Shown here: positions 21,562-34,469 of the stretch, piece by piece
Layout of the letters: every line of letters begins with the position of its first letter
How positions within the stretch are numbered: position 1 is the first letter of the stretch
Source of the DNA: Octopus bimaculoides
Taxonomy: Eukaryota
Reading direction: 5' to 3'
Length of the DNA stretch: 36,333 nucleotides
Assembly: GCF_001194135.2 (NCBI RefSeq)
Contig: NC_068988.1
Coordinates: forward strand, 85,825,967 to 85,862,299
Program-made: the position numbers and the translations under genes
Notes under the pieces: model-generated
Database searches by the model: none
Seen by the model: only the letters and a program-made list of their open reading frames with translations
What the model was told of the DNA's origin: nothing

Positions 21562-21797
21562 NNNNNNNNNNNNNNNNNNNNNNNNNNNNNNNNNNNNNNN
21601 NNNNNNNNNNNNNNNNNNNNNNNNNNNNNNNNNNNNNNNNNNNNNNNNNNNNNNNNNNNNNNNNNNNNNNNNNNNNNNNNNNNNNNNNNNNNNNNNNNNN
21701 NNNNNNNNNNNNNNNNNNNNNNNNNNNNNNNNNNNNNNNNNNNNNNNNNNNNNNNNNNNNNNNNNNNNNNNNNNNNNNNNNNNNNNNNNNNNNNNNN

Positions 21798-21882
<85 letters not shown>

Positions 21883-22440
21883 ACTCGCAGAAATTGCGAC
21901 AGGCAATGTGTGTGTGTGTAGCTATTCCTGTAGGTATTCCTCTGAGTTATTTTCAATTTGTCTGCAATATTACTTTGTAAGTAAAAAGTATTTGCAGGCT
22001 CAAAGCTATCACAGTATTTGTGCCTGTGCATGTGTGTGTGTGTGCATATATGTGTGCTTGTGTGTACGTATATATAGTCGCAGGAATAGGCAGGGGAGCA
22101 AAGAGTGCTCGCGACTCGGCGCATACACGTTGCAAGACAGCATCAGAAAAGAAATCTAAATGTAACAATAAGAGTTATGAGTACCTTCACACGGAGTGTG
22201 AATGACATCGCATATGAGGTGATCATTCGTTTCTCGCTGTTCTGTTTTGATATGCAAAACTAGACAAATGATTAATAATGTGAATAAAAGAGCAGAAAAG
22301 TCGTTAACATACTGATATTCATTGCTTAGAAATTTTGAAGTGTTTATAAGCTTTTACACTAGATTACACCATGTTACATCAGGCAACAACACCCCTGGGT
22401 CATATTAGACCTAATTACTCCAGACGATACAAATATTCGT

Positions 22441-22473
<33 letters not shown>

Positions 22474-22789
22474 TCAGTTCAAAAAGTATTTATCTTTCTT
22501 TCCGCCGTCTTTCACTTCATCAAAATGGCGTACACCTCAAAATGTTCAGTCAATCAAAGATCCTTTCCAAGAGAGAAAGGCCGATTTGCTGGGTTCTGTG
22601 GTGTATATATTCCCCTCCTGTACGGGACGTCAGTCCGTCGCAAGATTATACATTTTTAGCTGCTGAGTGGGTTGGAGTAACGTAAAATGAAGTGTTTTGC
22701 TGAAAAGCACAACGCATCGCCCGGTCTAGAAATCGAAACCACAATTTTATGATCATGAGTGCAACACCCTGGCCACTAAGTTACGCGCC

Positions 22790-23000
22790 TCCACGTAAAA
22801 TTTTATTCACAGTTTGGACGTCCACATTTTTTAACCGTTGGTTTCCTGGTTGTTTTGTAAAGCTTCGCATTTGTTAGCAGTCTCTTTAGCGATTTGTGAT
22901 GCTTTTTGCATTTGATAAGTTTGTGCGTTTTCAGGATGTTGTTCATTTTTGGATCTCTAGTTAGTAAAGGGAGATTTTGCTCAATAGTGTTGGATTCTCA
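22790..23000 (-). mobile_element. Penelope-like element remnant (RT-to-endonuclease linker)
   Basis: TIEQNLPLLTRDPKMNNILKTHKLIKCKKHHKSLKRLLTNAKLYKTTRKPTVKKCGRPNC. Confidence 0.7.
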
Positions 23001-23125
23001 AGCGCGAGCAAGTGAGGCTAGAGGTATTATCCAACGCACTTGGTTTATCCTGAGGTCTTCTGTCAGCTGGCACGGGTTGAAGAATCTGTCTTGCAGTTCT
23101 TTCTTGCGACATACTAGTCAATTTC
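23000..23125 (-). mobile_element. RTE-like LINE C-terminal fragment fused to the PLE remnant
   Basis: SMSQERTARQILQPVPADRRPQDKPSALDNTSSLTCSRLRIQ resembles RM..ER.ARQIL...RP.GRP..RW. Confidence 0.5.
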
Positions 23126-23769
23126 TAATAAAATATACATTGCTAGATAGACGTAAATAGACAGCTAGAGTGGAAGTCGATTGTTAAAATCACGAATAAC
23201 TTTAGCTCTCGGTTATTTCTATTAAAATTAGTTGTTACCAAATTTTGATAGCAGGTCAGTACGTCACAAAATTATATCGAAGCATCATATCTGGGCAAGT
23301 GTAGCACAGACTGCGGTTGTATACTGCAGTACATGACTGAAGTTTGTAGTACACCTCTGGTTATAATGATACATCAATGTTTCATATATTTCATATATTT
23401 CATATATTTCATATATTGTATTAACTCATGAAGTTATTGAGGTATTTGAGTGAATCCTGTATTCGATCATATTAGTATTTCGTCATATCAATGAGCTACA
23501 ACACTGATATAGTTATATTTGAAATAATTTATTGAATAGTTGTGTGAAGCAAGGGTCCCTTACCACCTAGCTGTAGAACAATATCGGGCTGACAGTCATT
23601 TGGTGCCAGATCGCACTGAATGAACAGATTTTAAAAATTTTATTTCCATTTTATTTACTATTGCTATCTGTAGGTTGTTTTTGAATTATATACACATTAT
23701 AATGTAATATATATTATATACATAATAATCAAATTATATATAATGCACTTTATCTTATTTTGTTATGCA

Positions 23770-23840
23770 CCTGCTCTCCCGGTGTTAAAATTGTCTTGCA
23801 TAAAACCGGTCCATGGTGCAAAAAAGGTTGGGGGCCGCTG
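23770..23840 (+). mobile_element. hAT-type MITE right end
   Basis: 'aaattgtcttgcataaaaccggtccatggtgcaaaaaaggttgggggccgctg' resembles a Charlie/MER-type terminus. Confidence 0.55.
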
Positions 23841-24044
23841 GTGTAAAGTACGAAATGCTTTGTGTTTTACATAATTTATAACTGTGTTTCACGAGAGTTA
23901 AATTTTGCGGCAGACGCCATTTTGAAATTAAAAAAAGACACTGATAAGTCGATTTACATTGATCAAGTCCTTTGTGAAAGCTGCAAGTAGGGAGAGTCAT
24001 GGTACTGGTGGTAGGGGTTGTAGTCCATGAAGTTGTGGTGGTGG

Positions 24045-24180
<136 letters not shown>

Positions 24181-24318
24181 CCGGAGATCGGCAACGAGTA
24201 ACTCAATATAACGATTTATGAAGTTTCGACTCCAATATATAAATAAATACATGTGCATGTGTCTTTCTAACTATCTGTCTCTTTGTCTACCAACTTGTCT
24301 ATATATATGAGCAGTCAC

Positions 24319-24351
<33 letters not shown>

Positions 24352-25053
24352 TACATACGCGCAGAGAGAGAGAGAGAGAAAGAGAAGCATTTATAGACAC
24401 ATGGCACTTTCAAACATATTTCTCAACCACGATCTAAAACACCTGGGAAAACTGATACATACATACATACATATATATATATATANNNNNNNNNNNNNNN
24501 NNNNNNNNNNNNNNNNNNNNNNNNNNNNNNNNNNNNNNNNNNNNNNNNNNNNNNNNNNNNNNNNNNNNNNNNNNNNNNNNNNNNNNNNNNNNNNNNNNNN
24601 NNNNNNNNNNNNNNNNNNNNNNNNNNNNNNNNNNNNNNNNNNNNNNNNNNNNNNNNNNNNNNNNNNNNNNNNNNNNNNNNNNNNNNNNNNNNNNNNNNNN
24701 NNNNNNNNNNNNNNNNNNNNNNNNNNNNNNNNNNNNNNNNNNNNNNNNNNNNNNNNNNNNNNNNNNNNNNNNNNNNNNNNNNNNNNNNNNNNNNNNNNNN
24801 NNNNNNNNNNNNNNNNNNATATATATATATATAGCATCTGCTAGTCTCCTTTACCCCCGTCTCCTTACCGCCATCTCATGCTCTCTCACCCTCCCACTCA
24901 TTCTCAGTGCCTCGGTTTCATCGTCCGTGGTTATTTATAAACCTAACTGCAGCCTCAACTATTTTCCTCTCGGTATATTACGCTTTAATAACAATATAAT
25001 GATAATGACGACAATAATGTTAATTATTAGTATTAGTATTATTTATTACATTT

Positions 25054-25086
<33 letters not shown>

Positions 25087-25286
25087 TTGGGAGGTGGAGG
25101 TGGAGGAGGCGGTGTTTAGGTAGTGGCATTGATGGTGGTGTTGGGGAAAATATTTGGTAATGAAAATGGATGATGGTGAAGGTGATGATGACGACGACAA
25201 CTACGACGACGTAGATAAAGACTGCGATAACGTGGGTTGATATTTGCGATTCTTTGGTCTTTTCAATTTTTAATATAATGCTGTAT

Positions 25287-25500
25287 AAAGGCGGCGAGCT
25301 GGCAGAGCCGTTAGTGTGCCGGGCAAAGCGCTAATCGACATAACGCCCGTCTTCGTGTTCTGAGCTCAAATTCCACCGAGGTCGACTCAGCCTTAAATCC
25401 TTTCGGGGTCGATAAACTAAGTACTAGTTGAGCAATGTGGTCGATGTAATCGACTTACCCCGTTCCCCATAAAGGACTGGCCTTGTGCCAAACTTTCAGA
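25287..25500 (+). mobile_element. SINE family 1, full-length copy
   Basis: Head 'aaggcggcgagctggcagagccgttag' (A-box-like), 'gagctcaaattcc' (B-box-like), then the core and 3' 'ggccttgtgcc'. Confidence 0.85.
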
Positions 25501-26329
25501 CTTATGTAATGCTGTCTGGAGGCATTGGCGGGCAGAAACAATAAAAGTGGTGCTGCAGACGATTAAGAAATCAATGTTCTATTTATTTATCTACGTCATT
25601 TTGCGTTCTGAGTTCGAATCCCACCGGGATCGACCTTTCTTTTCATCCTACTAGGGTTGATAGAATTATCTAACAGTTAAATTAATAAGATCGATATAAT
25701 TGTCTGCACACCCTACTTTTCCCATTGCACGCCCTCTAGTGAGAAATCTTCTTTCTATGTAAATGATAAGAGAATCAGTATCATTGTTCAAAGGTCGCTA
25801 CTTGGCAAAACCTGTACAGTTGCAAAGTAAAGGGTTTTGTAATACTTTTGTACTAATATATGTATTTGTGAGTTCAAATAACGCTTGTGATGACTATAAT
25901 TATCTCTTTCTGTCTATCTGTCTGTCAGTCTCTCTTTCCCCCTCCCCTCTCTCTATTTCATTTTTTTAACCATTCTACTCTATGCAGTACATCGGACCAT
26001 TTGTGCGTACCAGCTCGACTCTCCTCTTCGAGGAAAGGGAAAGGAACATTGTTTATAGCTCTCACATGATTCTTTCACAGAAAGAATCATGTGAGAGCAG
26101 TATATTCGATTCTGAGAGAGAAAAAAAAAAGAGAGAGAGGGAGAGAGCGCGGAGAAAATAGGGTGGGAGCGAGAGAGAAGAATCTCCCCCAATGTTTGTC
26201 TTATCCTGATTCCTCCTGCTCTTCTTGGAGCATCGATCGAACGTAGAGCTTTTCGATTTGACGCATCAAACCCGGTTGTCTTGAAAATTTCTATGCCTTG
26301 TGAGTGAATTGCTTTGCTCACTTTTTCAT

Positions 26330-26628
26330 GCTCTTGCTTCGTGTGGCTGGGATCATCTCAGGTGAGTGAAGCTAGTGTCATCCCAACACTGGTGGAGCCG
26401 ACCAGGTCCACTAGTGCTCTCCATCGCTGACAGTCCTGTGTCACCCCCTCTGCTTCCTTCACGGTGATGTCGAGCCTCTGGAAATCTTCCCCAGTCACAT
26501 CCAACCATTTGGTGCAGGGTCTACCATGACACCTAATTCAGCCCGCAGCTATTGCATCGATTGAGAATAAAGCCCTGGTAGGATGATCTGGTGGGAGATG
26601 GAGGACATGTCCGTACCAGCGCATGCGA
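26330..26628 (-). mobile_element. RTE-clade LINE 3' end
   Basis: RRMRWYGHVLHLPPDHPTRALF...G*IRCHGRPCTKWLDVTGEDFQRLDIT..TQDCQRWRALV, carrying the RW.GHV, GRP..W.D and D...WR motifs. Confidence 0.88.
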
Positions 26629-26670
26629 CGGATAGCTATATTATAAATAATTCTTTTATTTTATAATTCA

Positions 26671-26870
26671 TTTACTTGTTTCAGTCATTTGACAGAGTCC
26701 ATGCTGGAGCACCACCTTAAAGGGTTTTAGTCGAAGAAATCGACCCCAGAACTCATTCTTTGTAAGCCTAGTACTTATTCTATCGATCTTTTTGCCGAAC
26801 CGCTAAGTTACGGGGACATAACACACCACCATCGGTTGTCAAGTGATGGCGAGGGGACAAACATACACAT
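26671..26870 (+). mobile_element. Dispersed repeat family 2 copy, followed by an inverted family 3 copy (26895-27030)
   Basis: 'tttacttgtttcagtcatttga...ccatgctggagcacc...atcgacccc...gccgaaccgctaagttacgggg'. Highly similar to 35105-35305. Confidence 0.85.
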
Positions 26871-27334
26871 ACACACACACACACAAGCATATATATATAT
26901 ACAACGGGCTTCTTCCAGTTTCCGTCAACCAAATCCACTCACAAGGTTTTAGTCAGCCCAAGGCAATAGTAGAAGACATTTACCCAAGATGCTACGCAGT
27001 GGGACTCAACCCGGAACCACACAGCTACGCCTGAGCCTGTCTAAAACAAGAATATGCTGAGAACATGAGATGTTTCATGCATTGCACAGCACAGAAGATA
27101 ATCACAGGCAGTTTTATATGTACCAGATCCTAGTAGCGGGAGTGAAATTTCGTTGGAGTCATGGGGCATCTCTCACCCTCCACTACGTGGGTTAGTTGCC
27201 CCATATTTATTAATATTTGCATTTTATTTCTATTTATTTTATTTGTATATTCATTTATTTATTAGTGTAATTTATCTAAACCATAGCACTTCATTTCACG
27301 TTGGTCTAATCAGCTCAGCAGTATAGAGTACAGG

Positions 27335-27356
27335 TCTCTCTCTCTTTCTCTCTTCC

Positions 27357-27425
<69 letters not shown>

Positions 27426-27470
27426 TTATCTATCTATCTCTATCTATCTATCATTCTATCTATCTATCTG
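27335..27470. repeat. (TC)n/(TATC)n microsatellite
   Basis: Direct reading. Confidence 0.9.
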
Positions 27471-28084
27471 CATCTATTTGTCTATCTTTCTAATCTTTCC
27501 TTCAAGCAGTTACACCCTGGACGTTTTGCCGGGCCAAAGATGAAGGGGTCAGAATGGTGGCTCGCGACTACATAAGCCCAAAATACAATTAACAAAAGCA
27601 TGATACATGTTACCAAATATTACTCTCTCGAGAGTAACGGGTGGCTGTACTTCGTTTATAATATCAGGAGTGCACTTCAAGGTTGAGCAGACCTATTTCT
27701 CACTGAAATTACTCGAATTTAACCTCCACATATTCGCCCAAGCTTTCATTCTGACAAGACCGATGTTAAAATTGGTTGCTTCAAGTTCATTTTCATTTGT
27801 AGGTCTCATCACTACAAATGGCTTTCTTCATTTAACAGAGCAGTGTATCCTGGGGGAAATTTATCCGCTATTTCTAGCAAGTTGTGAGACCAGATAGAGA
27901 CCCGAATGCGGCACGTATCTTGTCTTCTGTATTAAGATGCATGCATACACACTGCAATGATTCATGTGTTATGTGGTGTGTCTATGTTTTGCTTACATCA
28001 AACATATAATGTTTATTTAACTAATGAAATAAACATAAAATACCGAGGGATTATCGCATTATCACTGAGACAAAAGAAAGACGG

Positions 28085-28118
<34 letters not shown>

Positions 28119-28298
28119 AAACAGACGGACAAACACACTGACAAATAGATAGATAGGTAGAAAGTTAGATAGACGTACGTATACTTGTTTGCATGTAAGT
28201 ATGCATATATTCATATGCTTACTTACATGAATACAGATATGCATATGCATATGCATATACACTTATCGACAAACGTACCTACGCGCACACATACGTAT

Positions 28299-28336
<38 letters not shown>

Positions 28337-28779
28337 ACGCGCGCGCGCAGCACACACAGAGAGAAACACACACAAACATATTAACAAATATGGTGGATGA
28401 TTCCGAAAGGAGAGAGATTCAGGGAGTTAATAGTGTGGGTGTGGGTAACCTAATACCATACAAAATTATACGAGTGCAGGGGTGCCGAATACAAATGTTT
28501 TTATGTGTTTGGTAATTATAAAGGGTAGTGAAGAGGTTGTGTTTTCACAACCAAAACAAAACGATTTGGTGTCGGCGTTGCCAGCATTGTTTCTTTACTC
28601 TTTTACAAAGAAAAAAAAAAATAGAATGTAACTCCGTATAATATATATATATATATATATATGTATGTATATAATTAATTGAAAAACGGGAAAAAAAGAC
28701 AAGAAAAACAACAATGCGAGAACGTAGTACATGCAAAGTATTAATGAGACGCTCAGAGAAGGAAATAAAAAGAGTGGTT

Positions 28780-28814
28780 GTTTTACGTTTCGAACATAGC
28801 TCTTTTTCGGAAAC
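28780..28814 (-). ncRNA. Minimal type I hammerhead-like motif (PLE type), core degenerate
   Basis: GTTT-CCGAAAA-A-GAGC-TAT-GTTC-GAA-ACGT-A-AAAC: stem I GTTT/AAAC, stem II GAGC/GTTC, palindromic ACGT stem III. The core shows U4C and G8A relative to CUGANGA. Confidence 0.55.
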
Positions 28815-28899
28815 AGGAGACGTAAGAAAGTCCAAAAGAAAAGGGAGAAAGTGGAAAAACTCGAATGACCGGGAGTTGATGGACAAAGAGAAAGTGCTT

Positions 28900-30310
28900 T
28901 CTGGGACAGGAGAGTGTGAAGTATGGTTGGTATCTATGCGTATGTGTGGGTGTGTGCGCGTGTGTGCGTGGTGGCATGTGTGTGTGTGGTAGTAACTAAA
29001 TGTGTGTATGTGCGTGGTGGCGTATGTGCGTGTGGTGGTAGCATGTGTGTGATACCGTAAGTGTGTATAGTAGCGTGTGCGTGTGTGTGCGTGGCAGTAA
29101 CTGAGTGCGTGTGTGTGCGTGGTAGCGTGTGCGTGGTAGCGTGTGCGCGTGTGGTGGTAACTGTGTATGTATGTGATTGGTATTAACTGTTTGCTTGTGT
29201 TCTGAGTGGTCTGTGTGCGTCTGTTAATGTCGTAGTGAGAGACCAGCAGTTATGCTGACAGGTGTATGTATTGGTTGTTGTGGCAGTGTGTGTGTGTGTG
29301 TGTGTGTATGTTTGCACGCATGCGTCGATGGGATGGTCAGTAGTGAGTCGGGAAAGTTTGAAGGGTGTTTGAGTGGCAGTCTAAAGGGTGAGTGAATTCA
29401 TGTGGATGTGTGTTGGCATGTGTACGGAGTGGGAATGTGTGCGTTTGTGTGAACATGTGTATGGATGCGTGTGCGTGTGTCCCACTCTCTCTGTAGCGTT
29501 CTCTCTGTTTCTGTCTCTCTGTATGCGTGTGTCTTTGTGTGTGCGTGTGGGGATATGTGTATGTGCGTGTGAGTGAGTGTGGAAGTATACGTGTGTATGT
29601 ATGTGTGTGCATGTATGTGTGTGTATGTATTGTGTGCATGTATGTGTGTGCTGTGTGTGTGGCGGTATGTGCAATCATTTATGTGAGCGTGCGTGTTTGT
29701 GTGCACGTGTATATGTGCGTGGAGTTGTGTGTATGGAGGTATACGTGCGTTTATGTGTGTGCGTGTATGTATGTGTGTGAATGTATGTGTATGCATGTAT
29801 GAGTTGTGTGTGTGTGGAGGTATATGTGCGTACGTGTGTGCCTGCGTGTGTGTGTACGTCTGTGAGGAGAGAGGTGAGGTGGAGTGTGGGTGCGTTGTCT
29901 GAAGAGTGTTTAAATGGGTGAGGGTGGTTGTGTGTGGGTGTGTTAGCATGTGTGCGTGGACGAAGTGGGAATATGTATATGCGTGTGCGTGCACATGTAT
30001 GGGTGTGTGTGCGCATGTTTATCGTTGTGTCATTCTGTCGCGCTCTTTCTCTCTGTATAAATGTGCGTGCGTGTACCTATCTCTGTGTGTCACTCTGTTG
30101 CATGTGTGTGTGTGGAAGTGTATGTACGTGCGTGTATATATATGTGTATGAGTGTTTGTGTGTGCGTTTTATGTGTGCATGTGTTGTGTGTGGAGGTATA
30201 TGTGCCTTCGTCTGTGTAAAGGATTGTGTATGCGTGCGTTGCCTACATGTGTGCATGCGTGAGAGGAGATGGGTGATTGTATGTGGTGTGTGTTGTGTGG
30301 TGTGTGGTAT
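28900..30310. repeat. Long imperfect GT-rich low-complexity tract
   Basis: Direct reading. It is the source of the many His/Thr and Cys/Val ORFs. Confidence 0.9.
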
Positions 30311-30329
30311 AGGATTAGGAGATAAAAAA

Positions 30330-30830
30330 ATTAACACAAATAATAAGTAGTACAAATAATACAAAAAAAAAGCAGGAATTGGTAAAATAAAACCATAAAA
30401 GGAAAAGATTGTATGAACAAATCAGTGAGAGAAATAAAAATAATAAAATAAAAAAATAAAAGATAAAAAGATAAAAATAAAAAATAAAAATTAAATAATA
30501 AATAATAAAATAATAGAATGAGTAAAAATTAAATAAAAATTAAATAAAAATAAGATAAATTGGATAAAAACTAAAGTAAAATAAAAAAATAAAAAATAAA
30601 AAAATAAAAAATAACAAAATAAAAAATAACAAAATAAAAGGATCAAAATAAACAAGTACAACAGTAACAGAAATAAACGAATAAAAAGTGAATAAAAATA
30701 AATAAAAATAACAGAATAAAAAATAAAAGAATAAAGGATAAAATGTCGATAAATAAACGATAAAAGTTATAAAAAATGTAAAAATAATAAATAAATGAGT
30801 AAAAATAATATGGGGTAAAAAGTTATTTTT
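30330..30830. repeat. A-rich imperfect (AAAAT)-type array
   Basis: Direct reading. Confidence 0.9.
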
Positions 30831-30850
30831 TAAGTAAGGTGTAGGTAGAG

Positions 30851-31754
30851 TCATTGAGAGGAGGAATTTGTGTTGAGTCCGAAAGGAGTTTGGTCATGTA
30901 GAGTAGAAATGTAACACTGTTCCAGGCGGAGTCTAAAGTTGGTGGATCCATTGTGTTGGACGAGGCCGAAGACGGCGATATTTGAGGTGGAGTGGCTGGC
31001 CAAGCGAAAATGACAGGCGACGAGGGTATTTGTACGTAGACGAACATCTCGTAAATGTTCGGTGAACCGTTCGGCTAGCCTGCGGCCAGTCTGACCAACG
31101 TAAAGTTTGTTGCAGAGGTTACACCTGATGCAGTAAATAAGGTTGGAAGAAGTGCAGAAGGAGTTGCTAATGCAGAGGGTGTGCTGGTTGGATCCGGTGA
31201 GGGAGATGGTGTTAGAGATGAAGGGACAGGTGTAGCAACGGGATCTGGAGCAAGGGAAGGATCCAGGTTGGGTTGGGTTGGAATGGAGGGGGAAGGTTGC
31301 TACAGACCAGTAGATCGCGTAAGTTACGGACGCGTTTTGAAGGAGGGCAAGGGTGGGTTGGGGAGAATATGGAGGGTGTGGGATCAAGCTGGAGGCGACG
31401 GAAGGCCCGTAGGATCCTCCGACGAAGGAGTAGGGTGGAGGGGTGGAAAATGAGGGTAAAGGGGATACGGTTGGTAGATCGGTGTGGGGAAGGAGAGAAG
31501 GTGGTGGTGTGATCGATTAGAGGAGCGCGGCTAAGGGCAGTTTGAACAAGGGTGGATGGGTATCCGCGACGCATGAACAAGCGGATCAGGTACTGGGGAT
31601 CACCGCGTACAGAGATTTGATGTCCAAGATGCATAGGAAGCGTGAGGGGGCGGGAGGGAAGGAGAAAGAATTGAAGAGGCAAAGGGCGTGGTTGGCGTCA
31701 TGTATATGGGATGGGAGGGCAGCAACAAAAGGGACAGGATGAGGTCTATATATA
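30851..31754 (-). mobile_element. Penelope-like retroelement remnant: partial RT, linker and GIY-YIG endonuclease
   Basis: Three frames: LPSHIHDANHAL..FLCILDIKSLYAVIP; YLIRLFMRRGYP..RIPFTLIFHP..RVRNLRDLLV; CSRSRCYTC..NLIYCIRCNLCNKLYVGQTGRRLAERFTEH..RLRLEQCYISTL..PFGLN* (stop 30851). Most of the RT is deleted near 31598. Confidence 0.9.
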
Positions 31755-32859
31755 NNNNNNNNNNNNNNNNNNNNNNNNNNNNNNNNNNNNNNNNNNNNNN
31801 NNNNNNNNNNNNNNNNNNNNNNNNNNNNNNNNNNNNNNNNNNNNNNNNNNNNNNNNNNNNNNNNNNNNNNNNNNNNNNNNNNNNNNNNNNNNNNNNNNNN
31901 NNNNNNNNNNNNNNNNNNNNNNNNNNNNNNNNNNNNNNNNNNNNNNNNNNNNNNNNNNNNNNNNNNNNNNNNNNNNNNNNNNNNNNNNNNNNNNNNNNNN
32001 NNNNNNNNNNNNNNNNNNNNNNNNNNNNNNNNNNNNNNNNNNNNNNNNNNNNNNNNNNNNNNNNNNNNNNNNNNNNNNNNNNNNNNNNNNNNNNNNNNNN
32101 NNNNNNNNNNNNNNNNNNNNNNNNNNNNNNNNNNNNNNNNNNNNNNNNNNNNNNNNNNNNNNNNNNNNNNNNNNNNNNNNNNNNNNNNNNNNNNNNNNNN
32201 NNNNNNNNNNNNNNNNNNNNNNNNNNNNNNNNNNNNNNNNNNNNNNNNNNNNNNNNNNNNNNNNNNNNNNNNNNNNNNNNNNNNNNNNNNNNNNNNNNNN
32301 NNNNNNNNNNNNNNNNNNNNNNNNNNNNNNNNNNNNNNNNNNNNNNNNNNNNNNNNNNNNNNNNNNNNNNNNNNNNNNNNNNNNNNNNNNNNNNNNNNNN
32401 NNNNNNNNNNNNNNNNNNNNNNNNNNNNNNNNNNNNNNNNNNNNNNNNNNNNNNNNNNNNNNNNNNNNNNNNNNNNNNNNNNNNNNNNNNNNNNNNNNNN
32501 NNNNNNNNNNNNNNNNNNNNNNNNNNNNNNNNNNNNNNNNNNNNNNNNNNNNNNNNNNNNNNNNNNNNNNNNNNNNNNNNNNNNNNNNNNNNNNNNNNNN
32601 NNNNNNNNNNNNNNNNNNNNNNNNNNNNNNNNNNNNNNNNNNNNNNNNNNNNNNNNNNNNNNNNNNNNNNNNNNNNNNNNNNNNNNNNNNNNNNNNNNNN
32701 NNNNNNNNNNNNNNNNNNNNNTATATATATATATATATGCATGCACACATACATACATGTATGTGTGTGTGTGTATTATATATATATATTCACAGAAAGA
32801 TAGATTGATCGATACAATTGAGTAAGCAAGCAAAAATATGAGACATTGCCTTGAAGAAT

Positions 32860-33215
32860 ACTTTGCCGAATGAATCGACCCCAGTGCTTTTTAAAATTTT
32901 ATTTTGATAAGCCTGGTACTTATTCTATCGGTCTCTTCTTGTCAAACCAGTAAGTCATGGAGATGTAAATAAACCAACACCAGTTGTCAAGCAGTGATGA
33001 GGGAGAAACACAGATACAAAAGCACACACATACACTTACATATATACATATGAATAAGATGGATTTCTTTCAGCTTCTGTCTACTAAATCCACTCACAAG
33101 GCTTTGGTTGGTGTGAGACTATAGCAGAAGACACATGCCAAGTTACCATACAGTGGGACTGAACCGAGGATCATGTGCTTTGGAAGCAAGTTTCTTACCA
33201 CACACCCACACCTTC
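32860..33215 (+). mobile_element. Family 2 copy followed by an inverted family 3 copy
   Basis: Same composite arrangement as 26671-27030. Confidence 0.7.
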
Positions 33216-33580
33216 ACCAATAATTATTTGCTAGTTTATTTTGTCTCTTTGTCTTCTCTCCTAGTGCTGTATGAATATTTGATGTGGTTTTAGAGTCAAG
33301 TTTTGGCTGCTATATCTAGCATGATGGTATTTCTAAGGTACCCTTAATTATAATTTTAATAATAATTATTACCCATGAGTTTTTTTATTCCCATGCTAAT
33401 CACTTGATATGATCGGTATTTAAAATAATGATCTTATCCTTATTTATATAAATTTATATGTGTGTGTGAGGGGGTATAAGATAGCGGTAGAAATGGCACA
33501 GAAGTAAGTCTAAGTCATTTCAATCTAAGAGGGAATTTAACAAGAATAATTTTTTTAATTATATAAAATAATATAAGGAA

Positions 33581-33620
33581 AATATTTCCGGTTTCGATGA
33601 ATTTCATCTTATCAAATATC
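33581..33620 (-). ncRNA. Type I hammerhead-like motif with U3-A8 covariation and a broken U16.1
   Basis: GATAT-TTGATAA-GATGA-AAT-TCATC-GAA-ACCGGA-A-ATATT. Confidence 0.4.
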
Positions 33621-34320
33621 AGTAAATAATTTATAAAAATTTTAAGTAAAAACGGTTTATCTTCTGTCTGGTGATCATGAACTTGTCTGCTTTATATATA
33701 TATATATATATNNNNNNNNNNNNNNNNNNNNNNNNNNNNNNNNNNNNNNNNNNNNNNNNNNNNNNNNNNNNNNNNNNNNNNNNNNNNNNNNNNNNNNNNN
33801 NNNNNNNNNNNNNNNNNNNNNNNNNNNNNNNNNNNNNNNNNNNNNNNNNNNNNNNNNNNNNNNNNNNNNNNNNNNNNNNNNNNNNNNNNNNNNNNNNNNN
33901 NNNNNNNNNNNNNNNNNNNNNNNNNNNNNNNNNNNNNNNNNNNNNNNNNNNNNNNNNNNNNNNNNNNNNNNNNNNNNNNNNNNNNNNNNNNNNNNNNNNN
34001 NNNNNNNNNNNNNNNNNNNNNNNNNNNNNNNNNNNNNNNNNNNNNNNNNNNNNNNNNNNNNNNNNNNNNNNNNNNNNNNNNNNNNNNNNNNNNNNNNNNN
34101 NNNNNNNNNNNNNNNNNNNNNNNNNNNNNNNNNNNNNNNNNNNNNNNNNNNNNNNNNNNNNNNNNNNNNNNNNNNNNNNNNNNNNNNNNNNNNNNNNNNN
34201 NNNNNNNNNNNNNNNNNNNNNNNNNNNNNNNNNNNNNNNNNNNNNNNNNNNNNNNNNNNNNNNNNNNNNNNNNNNNNNNNNNNNNNNNNNNNNNNNNNNN
34301 NNNNNNNNNNNNNNNNNNNN

Positions 34321-34357
<37 letters not shown>

Positions 34358-34469
34358 TGCATATACATAATACGTACACATACACACGCATACACTTATC
34401 CAAGGACGTATATTCATGCATGCATACATACGTGCACATATACACACACATCACATATCTAAGTACGTA

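Noticed and set aside
29337-30364. His/Thr-rich and Cys/Val-rich ORFs
   Set aside because: They are translations of GT/CA low-complexity sequence.
31586-34462. Long ORFs of 250-415 aa in the track
   Set aside because: They are open only because they cross N gaps. The same applies to the ORFs over the other gaps.
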